From Felis catus (taxonomy: Eukaryota): a stretch of 64,000 bases of DNA. Of the stretch, positions 48,271 through 61,802 are shown piece by piece. The DNA lies in the NCBI RefSeq assembly GCF_018350175.1, contig NC_058368.1, forward strand, positions 73,906,001 through 73,970,000. Direction: 5' to 3'. Below the pieces are notes generated by a model, which searched no databases, was not told where the DNA came from, and saw only the letters and a list, made by a program, of their open reading frames with translations. A program made the translations under genes and the position numbers. Position 1 is the stretch's first letter, and each line of letters begins with the position of its first letter.

Positions 48271-49633
48271 GTCCGTTGGTAATGGCGGCTCTTCTAGAGG
48301 AAAGGACTAAGTAACCAAATGCTTACTGAGGTCCTACTGGGTGCTGCCTTGCGCAGGACGCGTTGGTGATGCCGGGCTGCATTGGTGACGCCTTCAAGGG
48401 GCTTCAGGCATCACCAGTCATTGTAAGATGTGAGCCGTTTAGTGACTGCTATAGGGTATCCAGATTCATCCCTACATTGCCTCATATACCATGGTTTCTA
48501 GGAAAAAGGAGGGAGTATTGCTCTACTCCCTCCCAGAAGAAACATCTGAATGTCCTGGGTATCATGCCATCATTTGGGGATGTCGTTCCTGCTTTTCTTC
48601 CCTCTACCTGAACTTGACTTTGGTGGCATAGGGTTGTTTCAAGCTACATCTTGCTTTAGTTTTCAGACAAGGATAGCTTTGGTTGCCGTGAAGAGTTCGA
48701 GCAGCCCCAAATGATACTGACCGCATTGTATGCTGGCAGTAAAACAGGAGCCAGTAGTGGGGAAGGGAAAAGAAAAAAGCCCACGCACAGCACGTCAGGG
48801 GGTGGCAGTCAAATGTTAAGACCAAAGGTCTGGCTCATTCCATCCATGTCCAGGGAGGGATCACAGGTACAAAAATGGAGAGGGCCCAAGCTGGAGGAAG
48901 CGGACCAGGACATGACGTTGGATATATGGGCAACGATAAGAGTCAAGGTCTTCCGGAGCATAGGAACTTATTAAAAGCATGGTTAATAGAGCCATGGAAG
49001 GGCCTGATTCGGCCTGTCTTTAATATGAGTATTGTGAGTCACCAAATAAGTATAATTAATTAACGGTGGAATTTACCTGGCTCCTCTGATATTTTCTGGG
49101 ATGTGACCAGCATACGACCCGTCTGCCTACATGAAAGTTAAGGAAAAGATATCCTTCACAGGAACTTCAGTTGAGGAAGAAATGATTCTCTGAAACATAT
49201 CGTCCACTTTAGAACATAGTGCATTAGCTTTCCCTTGAGCCTTCCTATAATTTCCTAGAAAAAATATTGACCTCAGGAGTGCTGAGGAAGTTCAAATAAA
49301 TGTCTTCTCATGAACAGAGGGCCCTTTCTCTGATTTTGTTGCTCTCATCTACATTAGGAAGCTTCGGCTTGGTTTCTCTTGCGCTCTAAACCGCTGAGTG
49401 ATGGCCTCTAGCATTCCCTGCCCACAGCAGATAAAGCTGACAAATGTGTTTGAGACTTTGGAGTAAAGCAAACAGAAGCAAATAAAAGCTAAAATTCGAA
49501 TGTAGGCAACGTAATTAGATTAATCTACAGCCCGGTTTATGGGGGAAAACTAATTATGAATCAGATGTATAGTTTTCAGGGAAATTTTATGCAAGGTACA
49601 TTGTATGTACTTCTTGTAATAAATTGCAGAAAA

Positions 49634-49664
49634 GCGTGCGTGTGCGTGCGCACACACGCGCACG
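49634..49664. repeat. Alternating purine-pyrimidine quasi-palindrome
   Basis: gcgtgcgtgtgcgtgcgcacacacgcgcacg read directly. Confidence 0.85.
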
Positions 49665-50919
49665 GGTCTAGTAATTGAGGTCTACCGGGAGCTATGTGTT
49701 AACTTTAGATTTAAATTTGCCTCCAGTTTTAGAAGGCCTGCAGGTATTAAATTAGAAAGATCTGACTGCACGACTCTACAGTTGGTTTTTGGAGCTCATT
49801 GCCTGCAATTAGAGCAACCACTAGGAGGATTTTGTTTGTACACAAGCCGCAGAGTGAGGTATAAAGTTGAGTGATGATGGATGCATTTGATCAATTTAGA
49901 TAGTCAACCAGAATAATGTGGGCCAAACAGAGCTCTTTTTTCATTCATTAAAGGTTTTCAAGAGTCTGAATTTTCTGAATGAGTATTTCAACTGTCTTCA
50001 GACTGCGTCAGCGTAAGGACGACTTCGAATTACGTACGATCTGGAAAATGCTGGAATTCCTTTGTAGATTGTTATTTTGCTTAAAAAAATCTGATAAACA
50101 TTTAAAATCAATACTTTTTTTTTATGTAAAAGTTACCCCAATAATACCGAACCAGCATACTGAGTTACTTTTTCAAGCCCAGGACAAGAAGCCCAGTTTC
50201 TATCATTTTTCTTCCTGCTTCAAACCTGCAAAGGCAAAAGAAAGGAAGGTCACCTGACTTTTAACACTCTGGGTGCTGGACACCAAATCCTCCCGTTTCT
50301 CTCTTTTTTGGCCAGGCTCTGACTGCCCAGTGGTTCTAATTACTCAGTTTCTGTTTTCTTGCCAATAAGATCCAGGTCAGGCTAAGTTTTACTTCTTTGT
50401 TGCCTTAAAACTGAGTCTCTGACTGTCACCCTGCTGGGGCTGGGATTCTGCCCTGCAAGTACTCCGGAAAACACAATTTTGTCCCTTGTTTTCATTCTTT
50501 GTAACGCCATTAACCTTTCCAAGGTCTTTGGTCCCCGGGATGCACCTAGAATCTTGCCAACCATCCAGTGCCCTTTCAACTCAAGACGTCTCCCCCTCCT
50601 CCTCCAGGTTGGCCTCCCTGATACCAGGGCTTGTCTGGCACCTGTTTCAACACCCACCCCCCCCAACCCTCTCCCCCACAGGCTGACTGAGTCCCTCCTC
50701 CTGCCTTTCTCAGGGAGGGAGTACCTTCCTACCCATCAAACCCAGTATTGCAGAGTTACTTTCAAGTATTATCATCTAGCAGTCTGTCCTTATCGATAAA
50801 TCACAAGTGGGAAATGTGTAAATTCTGTCCTCCTGACTCCATGAAAGTTCCTAATAAAGCATCTGAAAATGGCATAATTTTATTGTTTCTTATAACTCAC
50901 TAAAAAAAAAAAAATTATA

Positions 50920-51138
50920 GGGGCGCCCGGGTGGCTCAGTCGGTTAAGGTTCTGACTTCGGCTCAGGTCATGATCTCGCGGTTTGTGAGTTCGAGCCCCG
51001 CGTCGGGCTCTGTGCTGACAGCTCAGAGGCTGGAGCCTGCTTCAGATTCTGTGTCCCTCTCTCTTTCTCTCTGCTCCTCCCCAGCTCACATTCTGTCTGT
51101 CTCTTAAACAAAATAAATAAACTAAAAAAAAAATGTTT
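50920..51138 (+). mobile_element. Can-SINE (young SINEC_Fc-type)
   Basis: ggggcgcccgggtggctcagtcggtt, many intact CpGs; TSD aaaaaattata. Confidence 0.97.
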
Positions 51139-51264
51139 AAAAAATTATATAAATCACAGCATCAAGCAGGACTTTGGTGGAGTTAGACGAGACTGGTGGG
51201 TTTTGGTGAGAAATAAGGAGTGAAATAAAGACTACAAATAAGACCCTACCTACATGTCTTGGTT

Positions 51265-51600
51265 CTCTACAGCTGCAGTGATGTGTTACAAACAACAAAA
51301 CTATAGATGTTTGGTTGGGAATCAACTATAAGCATCTTTCTCTGATCTATCAGTGGTCAGATGGCTCTGCTGATCTTATTTCACCTTTCTCGCTCACCTG
51401 GGGCCTCAATCAGGGCAACCGAGACACCTCTCTGCTCCCCGGGCCTTCAGCTTCAGCAGGCATCCCAGGCATGATCTCAAGGTGAAGGTGGAGCAGCAGA
51501 AGTGGGAGCCAGGACGTGTGCGCGTCTGCTGCTGTCTCATTGGTGGAAGCCAAGTCACGTGGCCAAGATCAGGGTGGGCCACGAGTGTGGTCCATCCAGG
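51265..51600 (-). mobile_element. Old MaLR LTR fragment (MLT1H/I/J-like)
   Basis: ggctctgctgatctt...cagcagggcatcccaggcatg...tctcattgg...aagccaagtcacgtggccaag. Confidence 0.55.
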
Positions 51601-52767
51601 CTAGATAAGCCAGGTATGCAAGAGCGCTTCAATGGATGGTTTCTTGTGTTGGAAAGGGGCCGGGGAGAGGCACTGATCAGCTGCTAAAAGGAATCCTGCA
51701 GGCCTCAAACAGGACTCCTCCAGCCAAATCGGTTCATCATTTTTCATAACCTCCCAGAATTATAGTTCTTACCGTAAGCAACAGACATCCATCGCTTTGG
51801 ACGGAGGTTTCCATTAAGAAGGAAAACCCCCGAAGAGTTTTCTTATTATAGAGAAGTTATGGTGTTCTTGAAATCCAGGCAAATGTTTTCTGTTATTGAC
51901 ACGACACTAATGCCTTACAAAAATGGCAACAAGTATTTACTTTTAAGATCTCTGTTGAAAGTAATATTTGTCTTTTCCACACATCGGTCTTGGGGATGGT
52001 TCTGTTTAGAAAACCAAACCAACCCAGACGAGTTTGAGTGAAGCCAGCGTCTGTTGCCTTTGCTTCATGGGAATCTGTCACCAGGACCACACTCCCTTTG
52101 CCACCAAAGCGTGGCTGGTTGGAAGCAACATGCGACGTATGTGGTTTCAGAGGCTTATCTTCCTTCCAGGAGCCAATCTTTCTTCTTCTAGTCTCCCAGC
52201 CGCCTCTTGGGAATTCCTTGTGGGCCCTATATCCCTTTCCTGAACATTCCACCATAGTACCATTCCTAAAATAACTTTCCCCCAGGCAAGGCATTTTGCT
52301 TAGGATATTATTTCACCATTTCCTCACTCATCAATATTTAATAGTCTGTCACATACTTTCACATTCCTGGAAGTTAATGCCTTTGCTAAGGTGTTAATAA
52401 ATAAAATGGCTACCACATAGTAGTTATGTTTAAAAGGAATCCTTTAATGATTTATGATGGCTTAACCTATTTCGAGCCTTATGGCACTGCTGAAGAAAAG
52501 ACTTGGGGGCGACAAGTATTGAACTATATTTTTCTGATTTAAAAATACTATGAATTCTTTTTTGATGATTGAAAGACTAAACACTATGAATAAAGTGCAA
52601 CCACTCATAATCTCACAAAGGGATCAACTATTCACCTTTTTTTCATTTTAGAACCTGTATGCGTATGTGTATTAGTGAAACTATATGAAATTGCCAATAT
52701 TGAATTGTTTTTTGAGCTACAAAAACAACAGTTTCATATGTTTTAACCTTATAGTAGTGATCGTTCC

Positions 52768-52823
52768 TGCTATCAGTAATGCTTCTGCAGAGAAACAGAA
52801 CCAACAGGATGGATGGATAGGTG

Positions 52824-52861
<38 letters not shown>

Positions 52862-53308
52862 ATCTATGTATCTATGTATCTAGTTATCTATCCATTTTAA
52901 GAGAGGAGGTGGGAAATGATTGAGGGAGAGACAGAGGGTTTCTTTTTTAAGGAATTGTCTCATGACTGTGGGGGCTGGCAAGTCCAAAATCTGTAAAGCA
53001 GGTTCAAGGAAGAGTAGGTATTTCTGTTTTGAGTCTGAAATCTGCAGGATTTCTAAGTTGCAGGCTTGGGGCACAATTGCTTCTTCTTCAGGAAAATTGG
53101 CCTTTGCCCTTAAGGCATTCAGCCAACTGAATGTGGCCCACCCACATTATAGTATTTTATGGTACAGTAATCTGCTTTACTCAAAGTCTACGGATTTAAA
53201 TGTTAATCATATCTAAGAAATACATTCCCAACAACATCTTGACCAGTGTTTGACCAAATAACTGGGCATCGTGACCTAGCAAATTTGGCACATAAAATCG
53301 ATACCACA
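52768..53308 (-). mobile_element. ERVL solo LTR (MLT2-type)
   Basis: cagagaaacagaaccaacagga...aggaattgtctcatg..tgtgggggctggcaagtccaaaatctg...aatctgctttactcaaagtctac...gtgtttgaccaaataactggg...cacataaaat...ccaca. Confidence 0.88.
52826..52892. repeat. (TCTA/TGTA)n tetranucleotide microsatellite inside the MLT2
   Basis: tctatctatctatc... read directly. Confidence 0.9.
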
Positions 53309-53668
53309 TTCTTTAGAAACCTTTCTGCATTCAAGTTTTTTACTATTAAAAATAAATGGCAATAATTATCCTGCTAAATAGAGCTCTGTCTAAATCTTTG
53401 ATCAGTGTATTATGTCTATAAGAAGAGAAATCACTGGTCCACTCAGCAAAAGCAAATATCTCTCCTAGCTGTGAGGATACTAGGACATCTGAAATAACTT
53501 GTCTCTGTAGGCATGGGTTCCAACACACGAGGTCTGTCTTTCTCTCTTGTAGCTGTTTCTGCAGTCAGTTGGTGGGACGGTACCTAACTGTGGAACCGGG
53601 GCATTCAAGATTGGGAAGTCAGTGGCTGATTGTCTGAGGATAAATTGATACAAATATCAATAGCTCTT

Positions 53669-53887
53669 TTTTTTTAAGTTTTTTATTTATTTTGAGAGGC
53701 GGGGGGGTGGGGTGGGACATGAGAGTGGGGGAGAGGCAGAGAGAGAGGGAGAGAGAGAGAATCCCAGGTAAGCTCTGCACTGTTGATGCAGAGCCCAAAG
53801 CAGGACTTGAACTCATGAACTACGAGATCATGACCTGAGCTAAAGTCAAGAGTCAGAGCTCAAAGAACTGAGCCACCCAGGCACTCC
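53669..53887 (-). mobile_element. Can-SINE (older subfamily)
   Basis: 19-bp TSD acaaatatcaa(t/g)ag(c/t)tctt at 53650-53668 and 53888-53906. Confidence 0.94.
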
Positions 53888-53959
53888 ACAAATATCAAGA
53901 GTTCTTGAAGACAAAGGCTGCTCTTGGAGTCTTAGGCTTGTTTTAATAGCTTGACAAGT

Positions 53960-54100
53960 TGATAGCAGATACAACGTTTTATATACATTATTTTATTTGT
54001 TCCTCAGGACAGTCTTATGAGATGATACTATTATTATGGCCACTTACAGTTAGAGAAACTGAGGTTAGAGAAGCTAACGACCTTGAATAAGAACAAGTAG
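53960..54100 (-). mobile_element. MIR SINE
   Basis: cacttacagttagagaaactgaggttagagaag. Confidence 0.65.
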
Positions 54101-54559
54101 GCTGTTGAATATTAATTTACTGATGTCATTAATTTCTCTATTGCTGGCAAGTGGAGAGGGTGGCCTTGTTTAGCTGCTGGCTAAACTTCTGGGAGCTGGG
54201 AGATCTGGGATTGGCTGCTGTCATTTCATCGTGGAGGTACACATTGACATGCAAGCCAGAGAGAGTTGTCACAGCCCAAAGCCCAGAGGGCTGAGCAAGT
54301 GTGTTTTCGGGTTACTTATTGAGTATTTAGACATCATCTTATTATCTCACTGGGCAAAGACCTAGAGGTGTATTTCTGATTGAAAGACCAATGCATGAGG
54401 AAAAAGAGTAGTGCGTGTTTGCCACAGTAGAAATGGAATAGAAGTCAAATGCCACACTTGCGAGTGTGTGAATGACTCTGTGTGTGTATATGCGTGTCTG
54501 TGCATATGTGTGCACACACTATGCTTTTGAAGCAAGACCGTTATAGGATAGAGGACAAA

Positions 54560-54680
54560 TTATAGAATTACAGAATATTATCTCAGGAAAGAACCTTGGG
54601 GATCATCTAACGTATCCCCTTGTATTTTGGTTGTGGAAACTGATGCCTGGAGAGATTGAGTGCTCAAAGTCGATTAGTCA
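54560..54680 (-). mobile_element. MIR3/MIRc fragment
   Basis: aggaaagaaccttggggatcatcta...gtggaaactgatgcctggagag. Confidence 0.55.
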
Positions 54681-56719
54681 CTTCTCCCTACTACTGCACT
54701 GATATAAAATCGTACTTGTATGCTGAGAATATGACTTCAGTGAAACATATATCTTTGGGTTTTCGGGACAGTGCCATTTGTCAACCTACTTTGCCACTGA
54801 CTCCAAATCTATCGATGTGTTCTAGACATTCATATTTCAGGACTCAAACTATAGCTGCAACACCATATTTCACCCTCAGAAGTGGCACACAAAGGTTCCT
54901 GGTGAGACTGTTTGTTCCAACAGTCTTTGGATGGAGAATATGTTCACCACAATCGTGACTGAATGTGCTTGTTTCCAGGCCAACAGAGGAAGAAGAATCA
55001 CAATTTTCTTTTCTGAGATGTTTTTGCTGTTATCATGGCACCTCTAATCTTGCTCTCCTGAGTTTCTGCTCCCCCATTCTCTCTTTGCACTTTTTCTGCT
55101 GGAGGGACTTGGTTGATCTCTGTTGAAGTGATGGCCAGAAACTGGGTGGGGATGTCAATGAGTTCAGTTGAGAAGTAAAGTGCTAGAGTCACCATGGAGG
55201 GGAGAGCTGCAATGTGTGAATCGTTACTTCGCATGTGTGCAAGATGTTAGATTCATCTAGAACAAGTGTCCCAGTTGGCTCCCAGCATAGCTACAAGTCC
55301 TTGCCCGGATGGTGGCTTCAGGGTTCAAGTTCACTTTAGAAGCCAATAGTATGTCAATTCTTCTCTTCCAGCAAGAAGAATTAAACTCAAGAAAGCATCT
55401 TGCTTGGAGACAATCACAATTATAGCATCATAGTCTTCCAGGAATATGCAGACATTTATAGCCACTGCACATTTAATTTTGTGTGAAGAACCGTGGGCGG
55501 CTCTGTTAACTCCACTTTATGGATAAACTGAGTCCCAGAGTACATGTCAGATGTGTCAAAAGCCCCTTGGTAGGTTTTGGGACCAAAAGAAGGATTGTGG
55601 CACCACGTCTCTGGGTACCCTGCCTTGTCCTATTTCCTAGGAAGAATCACCTTCCACAAAGAACAACAGTCGCAGAAGGGAGTCACTGATGCAGGAAGTG
55701 GTCAGAACAGCTGCCCCCAGGATGAATGGGACCACGGAAAGGATGCATCCCCACTGTATTGAACTCTTTCTTCATTAGAACTGAGCCCGTGGCAGATGTG
55801 TTCCTCCAATAACATGGTCTCAGAGTTGGAGAATAGGTTTCCTACAAGAGTGAGAGATTTGTGATCAAGGAAATCATTTGTCTTTCTTCCTCCATAGAAG
55901 CCCTGTACCATTTAGTTACAGGACTGGTACTTTATCTTGGGTGATTCTCATTCTTTCCTCACAGAACAGCTTAATCCAGGATCATTTTTATAACTTCCAG
56001 GCTGTGGCAGCCTCTTGAGATTCTGCACAATGGGCTTAAGCTATATGTGAACAAAATTTCTTGGTTGATGTCCTATTAATGAGACCCAGCAGGAGAAAGT
56101 TACTAAACCACGAAAGCTAATCATCACATCTCTCTTGTTCCTACAGGACCAGTCGGCTAATCTTGCCAGCTATAAATTAAGGAGACAGGGGAGATCATAT
56201 ATCTTATCACATTGAAGGGAAAATACAATGTCAACTGCGGTAGAGGAAATGGAAAACAAGAGATCGAGGCTACCGTTCTACTGGGAAGGTGGGATGTTTG
56301 GAAGAGGATGCAAACCACTGCACCAGTGTCATTTCTCTAATCAGAAGCATCTTACTCTGGATGGGCACCGGGAAGAATGAGGTCAAGGTCCAGACATCAA
56401 ACGTTAGGTGACCCCAATGGCAGCTGGCTTCAGCCAGCTCGTCATAGATGGTGCCATCCAACCCAAGGGAGAGCCTGGGGAGTGGGACATGAATGGACTT
56501 GTGTAAATGTAGCCCTAGCATTACAAATGCAATGCAGAACAGTTGTTCTACAAAAAGCTTTGTATTTGTATTGACAGAGCAAACTTCGATACAGAAGAAA
56601 CCCACATTCTGTCATGGCATTAGTTGAACCTGTGTGATAGAGGAACGTTGTTGCCCTCAACAATCGAGGGTCCTGGCTTGTATTTACAGATCTGCCCTTA
56701 ACGGCATTGCAATGCTGCA

Positions 56720-56930
56720 TAAGTCACTGGGATTTTCAGAGTCTCCATGTTTTCATCTGAAATATGGGAACAATTAAACGAGATACATTTATGAAAATCA
56801 CTCAGTGCATTGTTTTTTCATACGTAGAAGCTCTTAAGTACCTAGCTTACAGAGTTCTTAGGGGGATTGAACGAGCTGCTATCTATGAAGTGTTGCATAA
56901 ATGTAAATCCTTACACACATGTAAGCTATT
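56720..56930 (+). mobile_element. MIR SINE
   Basis: aagtcact...tttcagagtctccatgttttcatctgaaatatggg. Confidence 0.5.
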
Positions 56931-58094
56931 AATATTATCTCTTCTTTATATGTGTGTGCCCATGCGCAGGTGTGTGCACATACATATGTATGAGAGAGAG
57001 GCTGCGTGTACAACTCTGTGTATTTGTCTACTTAGTTTGTAGCTCTATGTATAGGAGAGCTTAATTCAATGTGAAAAAGCGAGCAATGCCATATCTAATA
57101 TTTTAAAATAATCAATTCCATTTAAACCACAGAATCACAGGAGAATTACATCAGCCTCCTGGAGGCTGCAATGTGGCTCTGGGTGAGATTGGATCTGCCA
57201 CTCTGAACCTCCAAACGGAGTGAATGTGCGCGTGTGTTTTAATGGGTTTCCATGGCGGGTTGACCTTTCCAGTACATAGGTGAGCCGACTTAAGTTCCTG
57301 GATCTGAAACCTTCTGAGGCACGCATGGCCCCGAGGGTGGAAGGTATTTTCTAATCAATAACACTTCAAGTCAGCAAAAACCTACATAAGCTCCATTTTG
57401 CAAAATCTTATAACACTTTGTGACAAAGTCATTTATGAATGTTCTTTAGCATTTAAAAGGCTCTTTGTATACTCTGTCAGCATTCCAAGCAATGAATTTT
57501 GCTTGATTTTTAAGGAGGAGAAAAGTCTTGCATTTAATTTTTAAAGGAGTGCATGAATACATTTCATTCGGCTTTAGTTGGCAACATCTGTTGTTTATTT
57601 CAGAGTTGGACTCATGAAATGTGAAATCTACCAGGGGCCTCAGAGACTTTTGAGTCCAGTGGCTTTTGAACTGGGCTTTGCAGAGCATCTATGGAGGTGC
57701 CTCTGGCTCCCCAAAGGCAGGGACAGAGGAGTTTACTGATTGGCAGGGCTCCAAGAACACCAGCCCCTTCAACCGAGGCAGCAGCATTTTTAAATGATTC
57801 ACATATTACAGCTCATTATATAATTTTGTTTCACAACTTTTGTTTCATTTAGAAAGTTTCGAAAACCACCAATCTATTCCAAATCCTTCATTTCACAATT
57901 AAGGATTCGAGGCTTCAAGAGAAGTACATTTTGTTTAAAGTTACACATTTAGTATATCAACAGAGTCCAGGTCCAGTGATTCCTACTCAGTATTACCTCA
58001 GCTACGTGTTGGGGGGGAAGGAGAACAAGCAGTGCCTACCTTTCATCTAAAGGTAGGGAAAGTCCTGACGGATGGGTGCTTACGCATCGGTGTT

Positions 58095-59467
58095 GATTCA
58101 CTCATTGGTTCATTTATTTATTCACCTAACAAGCTCTTGAGGTTCCAAGGGGTAATAGGGAACAAGAAGACCCCAGTTCTGACTTTGAGTAAGCAGATGT
58201 GTCAGAGACAAACACAGACGTGTTGACTTATTACGCACAAGACAAGGAAATGAAGCTTCAAGTTCAACACCAAGTTTAAGTGTGTTTTAATCTTTGATGC
58301 AGAACTGTTCACCTTCCTCATCCTTCCAACCTTGGAGAGAGAATGGACCTTGATATACAAGAAGCTGGAGGGATGTTGGCAGGGTGAGGGAAGGAGGGGG
58401 TAGATGCAGGGAGGGGAGACGTGGAGGCGAGGCCAGGTGTCACGGTCTTGGTAAGCTGTAGTTAGATGTTCGGATCTAATTTAAAAACAACAGAGAGGAA
58501 CTGATGGGTCATGAACAAGGGAAAGACATGATCACTCTGTTTAAATATCTGTCTAGTTACTTATATGAAGAACAGATTACGGAGGTCAACAGCAGAAACA
58601 GAGACCTGGCTGAGTAGTACAAGTGGGGTGCTGGCCTGGTGTAGGGCAATAGTTGGTTGTAAGTTAGAGAACGTGGACAGATTCCAGATGGTGTTTGAAA
58701 TAAAAGCTATAAAACTTGATCATTAATCAATAGGAAGAGGGAGGAATCAAAGATATAGTGGAGTTTTTTGGCTTGAGCAACTGGGTGATTATTGGTACCT
58801 TGGAGGTAGGGCAAGTACTAGATGTCTTTTGAGATGTCTACTGGGTATGGAGGAAAACCAAGATGGCGTGGTATGACAAAAGCTGAAGGTCAGTGTCTGT
58901 CGGGGTATGTCAATTCTGGCATGTTTGCTGTGGCACCCAGCACCTGGTAGGTACCCCACTGTTGGTACGGTGACAGGTTTAACAGTGCAAATAAGCAATA
59001 AGAAAGAACTACTGTTTTTGAAGGAACATTGAATGAACCCATAGGTTGGAAACATACGGCATCTAGACCTCATCAAGTGTTGGAAAATGTGATCTCCCCA
59101 CTGACAGAACTCAAATATACATAGGTTCATCTCTGTATACCTTCTCTTCAGCCACACAAATCTAAAAGTTTAGCATGCCATGAATTTTGAGATGACACAC
59201 GCTGATGAAAATAATTTGAAAATGAGGCAACTAGGAGCCGACGAAAGTAAAGCAGCAAGTGTAGGAAAAGTGGGAATGTTGCAATGCACCCTTGGATAGC
59301 CAAAGCGATGCTGGATGCTGAGGCAAAGCAAAGCTGGGCCTTGAGGCTACTGGGAGTAGCAAGAGACTAGCAGAGGACTAACAGCATGGTGTGGGCTGAG
59401 ACCTCTGCTCAGTGCTGAGGTTCAATGGCATGAAGTTATAAGGATTGATTGGTTTATTTTTGAGACA

Positions 59468-59513
<46 letters not shown>

Positions 59514-60260
59514 ATTAACAGGGGAGGGGCAGACAAAGAGGAATACAGAGGATCTGAAGCAGGCTCTGTGTTGTCAGCACGGAGCCTGATGAGGGGCTTG
59601 AACCCATGAACCGTGAGATCATGACCTGAGCCAAAGTCAGACACTCAACTGACTGAGCCACCCAGACTCAGTCCTCTATTTTTCTCTCTCTCAAGCATTT
59701 AAGTGACTGTACTTGGGACTGTAATAAGGCATAAGAGAAAGGAGAAAGAAACGCTACACCTCTAAATTCAGGAAGCATTGGATATTTAGATACTGGGGGA
59801 AAAAAATCTAAGTCAATGCAAGTTATATGGAATAAAAGCCAAATGGAGAGGAAACATATCATTGGAGGCATAAGGGATAAAAGTACTAAAAATTTTCTAG
59901 CAAACAAAGGGCAATGTCTAGAAAGAAATTCTGTCGTATTTGTTGTTAATAAGTTTTAATAGCACCCAGTTGATTGGATGTGTGTTCTAGGTGCCTTGCT
60001 TTGCAGAAAGTGTAGAGTGGTGACCAAATCCAATGAGCTCTCTGTCTTCATGGTTGTTGCCTCTAGCAGGGGGACACATCGATGAAATAAATTCACGCAC
60101 CGATGTTATAAAAAAAATCATAATTTGTGACAACGCCATAAAGGATCATAAAGGAGAAGCAGGAAGAAATCATGGAAAAGCAACTTAGAGTGGAGGGGTC
60201 AGGGAAGAAGTGACATTTGAGATAAGAACAGGCAAACTTGGCTTTTGTGCACCTTGTGTT
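58095..60260 (-). mobile_element. L2 LINE fragments (several decayed pieces)
   Basis: gattcactcattggttcatttatttattc; gaggaatcaaagat...tttttggcttgagcaactgggtg; gaagtgacatttgagataaga; mosaic with a SINE and unique DNA. Confidence 0.5.
59443..59665 (-). mobile_element. Can-SINE with long (GA)n, both ends eroded
   Basis: gagatcatgacctgagccaaagtcagacactcaactgactgagccacccag; about 40 bp of (GA)n; no TSD found. Confidence 0.92.
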
Positions 60261-61512
60261 CATGCGTCCTTGTAGGTGCCCACAGGGAATGTGCAAGAAA
60301 ATAGCAGAAGGGGATAAAATGTCTCCCTCCCCGGCCTCCGGGTATCCTTCTGTCTAGTGTGGGGTGAGGATGATTGAGAAAGTAAGTGAATCGATGAATG
60401 GATGGGCACTCTTCAAGAAACTTTGTTTGAATGCGCTCTGGAGCCTGGAAGTGGTGTGAATGCCCGAGGTTGCATGGGTAGCCCTCTTACTGGCACACAT
60501 CAGCACTCCGAAACACCCCATCAACGCACCACCGTTTACTCACTCATCAGATCATCTAATTTTCACTTAGCGGAAAGAATAGCGAAAAGAGGCATGTTGG
60601 GCTTTCCTTACGGCCACCAGTTCCTCATTACCTTGGTCACCCTGTCGGTTATCGTCTGCAGGTTAGCGGGTTAAGGGCTTTCAGAATTTCTTCCTGCCAG
60701 TTTTTGCATATCTACAAAGTTAACCAACAGTTTTTTTTTTTTTCCTAAATAACAAAGGAGGAAAGTCATGTGGATTCAGACGCAGCTTAGGAATATTATG
60801 ATTTCCTTATTTAACACACTAACCCTTTCCAGCATTTTAAATAGAGGCAATTTTTCAATAAAAACATAGTTTTCCAATATGCCTGCCCTACTTAGAGTAG
60901 GTTGAGATAGTATTCCTGCGAGGTATACCAACGTCTATATTTTCATACTCTTAAGAACTTTCTGGCCTCATTTTTTTTTTCCCCCAGCAGGAATTACTTT
61001 GCTCGGAGTGTTCAGACATCGCTAAAATGTTTTATTTACTTTTTTTTTTTTTAATAATGACTTTCGTGAGTGAGTCATACATTAAACTTAATCATCGGGA
61101 CTCAGAAAATGGACAAGAACCGAAAAACACATACATGATTTGACCTCACTAATTATGAGGAGGAAGCTCTGTGCAGGTGTCTTCCTGTGGTTAATGGCCA
61201 GACTCCCGAGAGCCCAAGAACACCGCGAGTTACAATGTGTTTCTACTCACAAGACAGTTCGGTAAAGTGAAAACACCCTGTGCATGGCTCAGTACTTATG
61301 CTAAAATACAGTTGGTTGTTTATAATCACCTACATGTCGAGATAGTGTATGTTGTGTTTGATGCGGGTGTAGGCAGTTTAATTGGCCTCGGTAGAATTTA
61401 AGCTAGCGGGGGAGGAGAAAAACAAATATAGGGCTTAGCAGCAGTATTCATCTGGTTGGAAGGCTGAATATTCTCTTTCCTAGGATCAAAGCAGCTCTGG
61501 TTTGGAAATTAA

Positions 61513-61718
61513 TTTTTTTTTAATGTTTATTTATTTTTGAGACAGAGAGAGACAGAGCACACACGGGGGAGGGTCAGAGAAAAAGGGAGACACAGCATCT
61601 GAAACAGACTCCAGGCTCCGAGCCCTCAGCACAGAGCCGGACGGGGGGGCTGGAACCCGTGAGATCATGACCTGAGCGGAAGTCGAAAGCTCAACCGACT
61701 GAGCCACCCAGGCTCCCT
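61513..61718 (-). mobile_element. Can-SINE (SINEC_Fc-type)
   Basis: Perfect 17-bp TSD tctggtttggaaattaa at 61496-61512 and 61719-61735. Confidence 0.97.
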
Positions 61719-61802
61719 TCTGGTTTGGAAATTAAAACACGTGCACATTTACACACTCACATAAACACCAAAACAAACATCTAATAAAAAAGGCCCGATA
61801 AT

